Below, piece after piece: positions 55,524-62,229 of a stretch of 64,000 nucleotides of DNA. The stretch is from Acidimicrobiia bacterium (GTDB taxonomy: Bacteria; Actinomycetota; Acidimicrobiia; Spongiisociales; UBA5794): NCBI GenBank assembly GCA_029939995.1, contig JAOZRW010000004.1, positions 10,831 to 74,830 on the forward strand, read 5' to 3'. Under the pieces are notes generated by a model. That model was not told the origin of the DNA and did no database searches. It saw nothing but the letters and a program-made list of their open reading frames with translations. Position numbers and translations under genes: made by a program. How positions within the stretch are numbered: the first letter of the stretch is position 1; every line of letters starts with the position of its first letter.

Positions 55524-55668
55524 GCGGATCGATCCGCCGGTACCAGTCGATCAGCGAGTCGGCGACCTGGTCTGCCGGAACGCGGTACTCGCCTCGCTCG
55601 ATCCGTTCGGTGATCTCGCGGATCTTCCCGGCCCTCTCCTCACCGACCCACCACTTCTCCACGATCAC
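55510..55668 (-). CDS. FlgM-like (anti-sigma-28 C-terminal domain) micro-protein, 52 aa
   Basis: GTG 55668 overlaps the CoA-transferase stop (GTGA). VIVEKWWVGEERAGKIREITERIERGEYRVPADQVADSLIDWYRR aligns by eye with the B. subtilis FlgM C-terminus [34 protein letters not shown]. Confidence 0.55.
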   Translation of the reverse strand: MIVEKWWVGEERAGKIREITERIERGEYRVPADQVADSLIDWYRRIDPPTRR

Positions 55669-56789
55669 CCGATCGTTCCGCTGCGGCGGAGATCGTCGAT
55701 CCTCTCCGGCGCATATCCGAGGTCGCTCAGGATCGTGACCGTGTCTGCACCGGGCTCCGGATCGGGCCGAAGCGTGGGCGAAGGTCTGCCGCCGATCCTC
55801 GGGGCGGGTGCCGGAAGCGGATGGTCGGGTGGCCCTTCGAAGACGTGCCGCGCCGCGTTGTGCGGATGCAGGGGGGCTTCGGAGATGGCGAGGACCGGGG
55901 TGACGCAGGCGTCCGTTCCCGCGAAGACCTGTTCCCACTCCGTCCGTGTCTTTCGTGCGAAGGCCTCTCCGATGGCTTCTCGCAGTTCCGGCCATCGGCT
56001 CCGGTCGTACTGCGATGGCAGATCGGCCTCGTCGAGTCCGAGGCCTTCGAGCATGGCCCGGTAGAACCCCGGTTCGAGCGGACCGGCGGCCATGTGACCA
56101 CCGTCGCTGGTCTCGTACGTCGTGTAGAACGGGGCATGCCCGTCGAGGAGGTTCGCGTCACGGCGATCCTTCCACAGGCCGTTGGCCGCCATCTCATAGA
56201 ACGGGCTCATCAGAGAGGCGGCTCCGTCGACCATCGCGGCGTGGACGACGACTCCTCCCGATCGTTCTCTATCGTGCAGTGCCGCCAGAACACCGGCGAC
56301 GAGGTACATGGCACCGCCGCCGTTGTCCCCTACGAGGTTCAGCGGCGGGGCGATCCGATCGGCGTCCCCGATCGCGTGAAGAGCACCGCTGAGCCCGACG
56401 TAGTTGATGTCGTGACCCGCCATGTCGGAGTACGGCCCCTCGGATCCCCATCCGGTCATGCGCCCGTAGACGAGCCGGGGATTGGCGGCGAGGCACACAT
56501 CGGGCCCTACTCCCAGACGCTCCATGACTCCGGGCCGGAACCCTTCCAGGATCGCGTCGGCTCCGGCGACGAGACGGGACACGATGGCTGCCGCTTCGGT
56601 GGACTTGAGGTCGATGGCGATCGAACGCTTGCCTCGCCCGACGGCGCCGGCCATGGGATCGGGAATCGGTGATCCACCGGGTCGATCGATCCGGATCACG
56701 TCGGCTCCGAGCCCCGCCAGGATCATGCCGGCGAACGGAACCGGTCCGAGTCCCGCGAACTCGATCACGGTGATGTCGGAGAGCGGCAT
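55665..56789 (-). CDS. Family III (CaiB/BaiF) CoA-transferase, alpha-methylacyl-CoA racemase-like
   Basis: Internal Met: MPLSDITVIEFAGLGPVPFAGMILAGLGADVIRIDRPGG...; the family-typical interlocked-dimer length (~374 aa). Confidence 0.85.
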   Translation of the reverse strand: MPLSDITVIEFAGLGPVPFAGMILAGLGADVIRIDRPGGSPIPDPMAGAVGRGKRSIAIDLKSTEAAAIVSRLVAGADAILEGFRPGVMERLGVGPDVCLAANPRLVYGRMTGWGSEGPYSDMAGHDINYVGLSGALHAIGDADRIAPPLNLVGDNGGGAMYLVAGVLAALHDRERSGGVVVHAAMVDGAASLMSPFYEMAANGLWKDRRDANLLDGHAPFYTTYETSDGGHMAAGPLEPGFYRAMLEGLGLDEADLPSQYDRSRWPELREAIGEAFARKTRTEWEQVFAGTDACVTPVLAISEAPLHPHNAARHVFEGPPDHPLPAPAPRIGGRPSPTLRPDPEPGADTVTILSDLGYAPERIDDLRRSGTIG

Positions 56790-56818
56790 GGGGCCGGAAG
56801 AGGATGCTCGCCTTTCGA

Positions 56819-57394
56819 TCAGGCCCGCCCCATCTCCTGTTCGAGGCACACGTGGGTCTTGGGATCGAAACGACCGTCCACGTTCATCTCACACTTCTCC
56901 TGAAGTGCTTCGACGGCCTTGACGGTTCCGGATCCGTAGTCGCCGTCGGCGGGCCCCGGATACAGATCGAGCTCCATCAGATCCTCTTGAACGTCCGTGA
57001 TGAAGGCCTCGTCCGCTTCGAGCGCGTCCGCAAGCGCGGCATAGGTCTCCGGTCCGTACGCCCCATCGGCGGTGATCCCCGCATCGGTCTGGAACGCTGT
57101 GATGGCTTCTTCGGTTGCGGGTCCGAGGATGCCGTCGGCTGCTCCCTCGAAGTAACCGAGCGCCGTGAGCTCCAGCTGGATCACCTGTGTGAGCAGCGTC
57201 GCGCCCCCGTACGGCGACGTGGTGGTCGTCGTCGAGGAGGTCGTCGTCGCGGGCGTGGTGGACGTGGTGACCGTCGACGAGACCGGCGGCATCGTGGCGG
57301 GGGTCGTCGTGGTCGTGTCGTCGCCGCCGGAGGAACAGGCGGCGGCTATCAGAGCGAAGCCGATCGCGACCACAAGACCTCGTCGATACCTCAT
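56819..57394 (-). CDS. Lipoprotein with Thr-rich linker and peptidoglycan-binding-like repeats
   Basis: Internal Met: MRYRRGLVVAIGFALIAAAC|SSGG lipobox; T/S/P linker; LQLELTALGYFEGAADGILGPATEEAITAFQ and LMELDLYPGPADGDYGSGTVKAVEALQ (PG_binding_1-like). Confidence 0.7.
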   Translation of the reverse strand: MRYRRGLVVAIGFALIAAACSSGGDDTTTTTPATMPPVSSTVTTSTTPATTTSSTTTTTSPYGGATLLTQVIQLELTALGYFEGAADGILGPATEEAITAFQTDAGITADGAYGPETYAALADALEADEAFITDVQEDLMELDLYPGPADGDYGSGTVKAVEALQEKCEMNVDGRFDPKTHVCLEQEMGRA

Positions 57395-57487
57395 CGGGAT
57401 GCCCCTTTCTCCGATGCCACGGCGTGCTACATCCGAGCGTACACGACCGGCCCCCACCCGCGCACATCGAAACCCCTCCCTCACGTA

Positions 57488-57599
57488 GCGAACCCAGGGT
57501 TCTCTGCGCCCTATTTGACGTCTCCAGCCCGCGGTTCAGACGGCCACGCGAACCGCGGGCTGGAGACGGCATATGCAGGGTCAGGAACCCTGGGTTCGC
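57488..57599. repeat. Intergenic repeat, type-1 inverted-repeat hairpin element (copy B, 112 nt)
   Basis: Outer 15-bp inverted repeat GCGAACCCAGGGTTC/GAACCCTGGGTTCGC and inner perfect 18-bp inverted repeat GTCTCCAGCCCGCGGTTC/GAACCGCGGGCTGGAGAC. Lies between divergent gene starts. Confidence 0.9.
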
Positions 57600-57626
57600 T
57601 GCGGGGGGATCTACCCTGCGGCGTCC

Positions 57627-59066
57627 ATGTCCCCGAATCCCGCATCACCGCCGGAAGGCGTCGACTACTCGCGCAAGTGGTTCGTGCTGGTCGCGATCGG
57701 CATGGCCATCTTCCTCGGGACGGTCGACGGCAGCATCGTCAACGTGGCGCTCCCGACGCTGGTCGAGGAGTTCGACACGAGCTTCGGCGTCGCACAGTGG
57801 GTGGTTCTCGGATATCTGCTGACCCAGACGACCCTCACGCTCGGATTCGGCCGTCTCGGCGACATGTTCGGCAAGAAGCCGATCTTCACCGCCGGTTTCG
57901 TCGTGTTCACCATCGGGTCCGTCTTCGCCGGGCTCTCCCCGACGATCGGCTTCCTGATCGGCGCTCGCGTCGTCCAGGCACTCGGTGCAGCCATGATCTT
58001 CGCGCTCGGCTTCGCCATCACCACCGAAGCGTTCCCGCCGTCGGAACGCGGGAAGGCGCTCGGGATCAACGGAACGACGGTGTCGCTCGGCATCATGGCC
58101 GGCCCCATCATCGGTGGGATCATCCTCGAAGCGACCGACTGGAGGTGGATCTTCCTCGTGAACATCCCCATCGGCATCATCGGGACGATCACCGCGCTGA
58201 AGTTCGTCCCGAACACGAAGCCGGAGCGGAAACACCGCTTCGACTTCCCCGGAGCGATCGTGTTCTTCGTGGGCCTGCTGATGTTCCTGCTCGGCCTGAC
58301 GCTCGGACAAGGTGTCGGATTCACGAACCCGATCATCCTCACGATGTTCGCGATATCGGTCATCTCGCTCGCCGGATTCGTCCTCATCGAACGGCGGGTC
58401 GCTGAACCGATGCTGAACCTCAATCTCTTCCGGAGTCGCGACCTGACGGTGAACCTGATCACCGGCTTCCTGGCGTTCTTCGTCCTGTCCGGCATGATCC
58501 TGCTGCTGCCGTTCTACCTGACCGACGTGATGGGCCTCTCCCCCCGGTCGATCGGGTTCGTTCTCGGCTCCATCCCGATCGCCATGGGGGTCGTAGCCCC
58601 CATGTCGGGCTCGCTCTCCGACCGGATCGGGTCGAGACCGGTCACCGTCGCCGGTCTGGCGCTGATGGTGATCGCGTACGGATCGGCGGCCTTCTGGATC
58701 GAGGGTGCCACCACCACGGTCCTCATCGTCATCGTGGGGCTGATCATCGGCCTCGGAATGGGCATCTTCCAGTCGCCGAACAACTCGGCGATCCTCGGCT
58801 CCGTCCCACACAGCGAGCTCGGCGTGACCTCCGGGATGCTGACGATCAACAGAACGACGGGCAGCGTGACCGGTATCGCCGTCCTCGGATCGGTGTGGGC
58901 GGCACGAACGGCCGTCTATTCCGAAGCAGGCGAGGTCGCCGGCGCCCCCGCCGCGGCTCAGGCCGCGGGCCTCTCCGACACGATGATCTTCGCGGCCGCC
59001 CTGGTCGGTTTCGCCCTCATGCTCGGACTCTGGGCGTGGAAGACGAAACCCGGCAGCCTCTCGTAG
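57627..59066 (+). CDS. MFS transporter, DHA2 (EmrB/QacA, 14-TMS) drug-efflux type
   Basis: MSPNPASPPEGVDYSRKWFVLVAIGMAIFLGTVDGSIVNVALPTL, motif GRLGDMFGKKPIF. The ORF-track start at 57573 lies inside repeat B, so I prefer Met-19. Confidence 0.85.
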   Translation: MSPNPASPPEGVDYSRKWFVLVAIGMAIFLGTVDGSIVNVALPTLVEEFDTSFGVAQWVVLGYLLTQTTLTLGFGRLGDMFGKKPIFTAGFVVFTIGSVFAGLSPTIGFLIGARVVQALGAAMIFALGFAITTEAFPPSERGKALGINGTTVSLGIMAGPIIGGIILEATDWRWIFLVNIPIGIIGTITALKFVPNTKPERKHRFDFPGAIVFFVGLLMFLLGLTLGQGVGFTNPIILTMFAISVISLAGFVLIERRVAEPMLNLNLFRSRDLTVNLITGFLAFFVLSGMILLLPFYLTDVMGLSPRSIGFVLGSIPIAMGVVAPMSGSLSDRIGSRPVTVAGLALMVIAYGSAAFWIEGATTTVLIVIVGLIIGLGMGIFQSPNNSAILGSVPHSELGVTSGMLTINRTTGSVTGIAVLGSVWAARTAVYSEAGEVAGAPAAAQAAGLSDTMIFAAALVGFALMLGLWAWKTKPGSLS

Positions 59067-59096
59067 ACCCGCACCCGGAGGTTCGAACCCCCGCCG

Positions 59097-60032
59097 TCAG
59101 AGTTCGGCGATACGGGCGATGACGAGATCGATGAAGCCCTGCCGATCAACCTCGGACATGACCACCGCGTTCGGCTCGGAACCGGTCACGCCCCACCAGT
59201 CGACGACGGTCTGGCCGACCGTCAACTCAGAATCGGTCTCGATATCGACCCGACAGGCCTTCCCACCGAACAGGCCGGGGTCGATCAGGTACGCGATCAC
59301 GCACGGATCGTGGAGCGGTGCCCCCGCGATACCGTACTTCTCCACGTCGTGTCGTTCGTAGAAGCCCAGCATGCCGGCGACCGCGTCACCCACCGGAGTC
59401 CCGATGGCCCGGATCCGCTCGAGGTCCTCGGGAAGAACCAACGCCTTGTGCGTGACGTCGAGCGGGAACATCGTGATCGGAGCACCGCTGTTGAAGACGA
59501 TCGCGGCGGCATCCGGATCGACGTAGATGTTGAACTCGGCGACCGGTGTCGTGTTGCCCCCTTCGAAGAATCCGCCGCCCATGATCACGATCTCACGGAT
59601 CTTGGGGATGATCGTCGGCTCGCGAGCGATCGCCGAGGCGATGTTCGTCAGCGGCCCGACGGGACACAGCGTCACACCCTCCGGACCGGCGGCGAGGCAC
59701 GTGTCGATGATGAAGTCGACGGCGTGCTTGGAACGAGCGGTCGTCACCGGAGCGGGGAGGTCGGCGCCGTCGAGACCGGTCGGACCGTGAACGTATTCCG
59801 CGGTGAAGAGCTCCCGTTCGAGCGGTCCATCGGCACCCCGGTAGACAGGAACATCGGTCCGCCCGGTGAGTTCGCAGAGCCTCAGCGCGTTCGTCGTGAC
59901 GAGCGGCTGGGGAACGTTCCCGGCGACCGTCGTGATGCCGAGCACGTCGAGTTCGGGCGATCCGAACGCCAGGAGGATCGCGACGGCGTCGTCCTGGCCG
60001 GGATCGGTGTCGATGACGATGGGGCGAGGCAT
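59097..60032 (-). CDS. Nucleoside hydrolase (IUNH family)
   Basis: 311 aa: MPRPIVIDTDPGQDDAVAILLA (DxDxxxDD Ca-binding motif). Confidence 0.9.
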   Translation of the reverse strand: MPRPIVIDTDPGQDDAVAILLAFGSPELDVLGITTVAGNVPQPLVTTNALRLCELTGRTDVPVYRGADGPLERELFTAEYVHGPTGLDGADLPAPVTTARSKHAVDFIIDTCLAAGPEGVTLCPVGPLTNIASAIAREPTIIPKIREIVIMGGGFFEGGNTTPVAEFNIYVDPDAAAIVFNSGAPITMFPLDVTHKALVLPEDLERIRAIGTPVGDAVAGMLGFYERHDVEKYGIAGAPLHDPCVIAYLIDPGLFGGKACRVDIETDSELTVGQTVVDWWGVTGSEPNAVVMSEVDRQGFIDLVIARIAEL

Positions 60033-60058
60033 GATTCGCGAGCATAGCCGTCGGATGC

Positions 60059-60116
60059 CTGCGAACCGTGGGCCGAATCGACTGCTATTTGCGCCTACGA
60101 GCCCTGGGTTCGCAGC
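60059..60116 (-). repeat. Intergenic repeat, type-2 unit (copy F, inverted relative to D/E)
   Basis: The minus strand reads GCTGCGAACCCAGGGCTCGTAGGCGCAAATAGCAGTCGATTCGGCCCACGGTTCGCAG. Starts 10 nt after the rbsK stop in the same orientation. The ends form a 9-bp inverted repeat CTGCGAACC/GGTTCGCAG. Confidence 0.85.
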
Positions 60117-60125
60117 GCGGTTGGG

Positions 60126-61007
60126 TCAGGTGGGACCCGGCCGGGAGGCTGCGTCGACCTGCGCCTTCGTCGGCATCCCGGAACGTGCGCCGACCGCCCT
60201 CACCGACAGCGCGCCGGCGATGACGGCCCGCTGCACCGACTCCTCGAGCGTCCGCCCTTCGTCCAGGCCGGCGGCGAGCGCCCCGCAGAACGTGTCTCCC
60301 GCTCCGGTGGTGTCGACCACGTCGACGCGAGGTGTCGGGAACGTCTGATCCGAGTCCGCCCGGATCACACGAGCCCCGTCTGCCCCGAGCGTGACGATGG
60401 TCACTGCAACACCGATCTGCCGGGCCGCGACCGGATCGGTGGATCCGGTGAGAGCTTCGAGTTCGACGCTGTTCACGACGAGGACGTCGACGGCGTCGAG
60501 CAACGCGACGGGAAGGTCCGTCGTCGGGGCTGCGTTCAACACGACGATCCCCTCCGATGCCTGCGCTGCGGCGGTGCTGGTCTCGATCGGGATCTCGAGT
60601 TGGAGCAGCGTCACGGTCGCAGCCATGAGGACCGCCTCCGCCCGTGAGACGTCGTCGGGTGAGAGCTTGCCGTTCACGCCGGAACTCACGACGATCGAAT
60701 TCTCCCCGCCTGCGTCGAGGATGATGACGGCCAGGCCCGTCGGCCCGTCGGCGTCCACGGTGAGGTTCGTCGTATCGACCCCTTCCGCCCGGAACTCCTC
60801 CACGAGGGCGGTCCCGGCGTCGTCGTCGCCGACGCGGCCGATGAACACGACGTCGCCGCCGAGCCGGGCGGCGGCCACCGCCTGGTTGCCGCCCTTGCCT
60901 CCCGGCATCGTCTCGTGGCCGAGGGCGATGACCGTCTCGCCGGGGACGGGATGGTGATCGACGTGGAGGACCTGATCCCGGTTGACGGATCCGACGACGG
61001 CGATCAT
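60126..61007 (-). CDS. rbsK: Ribokinase
   Basis: 293 aa: GGKGGNQAVAAARLG and VDTTGAGDTFCGALAAGL (PfkB signatures). Confidence 0.88.
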   Translation of the reverse strand: MIAVVGSVNRDQVLHVDHHPVPGETVIALGHETMPGGKGGNQAVAAARLGGDVVFIGRVGDDDAGTALVEEFRAEGVDTTNLTVDADGPTGLAVIILDAGGENSIVVSSGVNGKLSPDDVSRAEAVLMAATVTLLQLEIPIETSTAAAQASEGIVVLNAAPTTDLPVALLDAVDVLVVNSVELEALTGSTDPVAARQIGVAVTIVTLGADGARVIRADSDQTFPTPRVDVVDTTGAGDTFCGALAAGLDEGRTLEESVQRAVIAGALSVRAVGARSGMPTKAQVDAASRPGPT

Positions 61008-62228
61008 TCAGTGTTCCTCCACGATGCGGTAGATGGTCCCTGCGCCGGAGACAACATAGATCTCCCCGGAGTCGTCACGGCCGAACGACGTGACCGCCGC
61101 CACGTTGCCCGTGCGGTCGGTCCAGTCGTGAACCGTGCCGTCGGGGGCGATCGAGCGGATGAAGCCGCTGCACCAATCGGAGAAGAAGTAGTGGCCGTCG
61201 AGCTGCGGAATCGCGTCGCCGCGGTACACGTAGCCGCCGGTGATGGAGCAGCCCTCGTCGTGGCGGTACTCGTACACGGGGAACGAGAGCACACGAAGCG
61301 ATGCGTCGACCCCGTCGCAGTGCGCTGCGAAGCAGTCGGTGCCCTCGTAGATCGGCCATCCGAAGTTCAACCCGAGATCCTCGATCTCTTCCCGATTCAC
61401 CTCTTCGACGTCTCCCTGGCCGACGTCGGCGATCCAGATGCCGCCGGTGTCGAAATCGAACGAGAACCTCCACGGGTTCCGGAGTCCGATCGCCCAGATC
61501 TCACGAGATCTGAAGTCGAAGTGGGGCGGGGTTTCGTAGGACTCGATCCCCGGCCCGACCCTGATCCGCAGCATCGCCCCGAGCAGCGTGTCGTCGCGCT
61601 GGGCGTTGCCATACCGGTCGTTGGCGCCGCCGCCGTCACCCATCCCGATCCAGAGGTCCCCCTCCGGTCCGAACGCGATCATGCCGCCGTTGTGGTTCTT
61701 CGCCGGCTGGCGGATCTCGAGAATGGTCCGTTCGGAGTCCGGGTCGCCGAGACCGCCGCTGATGGTGAACTCGGAGATCACCGTGTTGTTGTTCTTCGCG
61801 ACGTAGTCGACGTAGAAGAGGTCCGGGTGATCGGGGTGGAACGCCAGGCCCAGCAGGCCCTGCTCGCCCTTGAACTTGACGCGCTTGCGGATGTCGAGGA
61901 ACACCACGGGGTCGGCGCCCGGCTCGACCGCCCAGATCACCCCGGGCTGGTCCACCACGAACCCGCGCTCACCGACCGTCGTGTAGAAGACGGGTTGCTC
62001 GAACCCGTCGGCGACCGGTTCGAGGCGGAGCACCGTGTCGGTCCACGGAAGGGTCGTCGGCACGGGCTCGCCGGGAGCGAGCGTTGTCGTCGTAAGCACC
62101 TCGTCGGGTGCGGTCGTCGATGCCGCGGTTGTCGACGTCGACGGCGCGATCGTCGACGGCGTCGCAGCGCCTCCGCACGCCGCTGCGGCGAGCGAGATCG
62201 CCACGACGGATGCAGCCAGGAGCCGCAC
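61008..62228 (-). CDS. Lipoprotein, PQQ-dependent (soluble) sugar dehydrogenase-like beta-propeller
   Basis: GTG start, lipobox LAAAAC|GG, T/S/P linker, HNGGMIAFGPEGDLWIGMGDGG and GLRNPWRFSFD motifs of the GSDH/sorbosone dehydrogenase family. Confidence 0.8.
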   Translation of the reverse strand: MRLLAASVVAISLAAAACGGAATPSTIAPSTSTTAASTTAPDEVLTTTTLAPGEPVPTTLPWTDTVLRLEPVADGFEQPVFYTTVGERGFVVDQPGVIWAVEPGADPVVFLDIRKRVKFKGEQGLLGLAFHPDHPDLFYVDYVAKNNNTVISEFTISGGLGDPDSERTILEIRQPAKNHNGGMIAFGPEGDLWIGMGDGGGANDRYGNAQRDDTLLGAMLRIRVGPGIESYETPPHFDFRSREIWAIGLRNPWRFSFDFDTGGIWIADVGQGDVEEVNREEIEDLGLNFGWPIYEGTDCFAAHCDGVDASLRVLSFPVYEYRHDEGCSITGGYVYRGDAIPQLDGHYFFSDWCSGFIRSIAPDGTVHDWTDRTGNVAAVTSFGRDDSGEIYVVSGAGTIYRIVEEH

Positions 62229-62229
62229 G

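Noticed and set aside
57573-57626. Upstream start (57573) of the DHA2 MFS transporter
   Set aside because: The first 18 codons are the translation of repeat element B. Met at 57627 gives a normal MFS N-terminus.
59067-59096. tRNA-like T-arm sequence GGAGGTTCGAACCCCC between convergent MFS and nucleoside hydrolase genes
   Set aside because: Only 30 nt of intergenic space. No acceptor, D or anticodon arms can be built, and the flanks are coding. At most it is a chance match or a tiny tRNA 3' remnant.
27676-60116. Could the GCGAACCCAGGG repeats be a CRISPR array or dif sites?
   Set aside because: The copies are kilobases apart in separate intergenic gaps, in both orientations, with no regular spacers and no cas genes, so this is not CRISPR. 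Multiple dispersed copies, and no match to the 28-bp XerCD dif layout, argue against dif despite the central CATATG.
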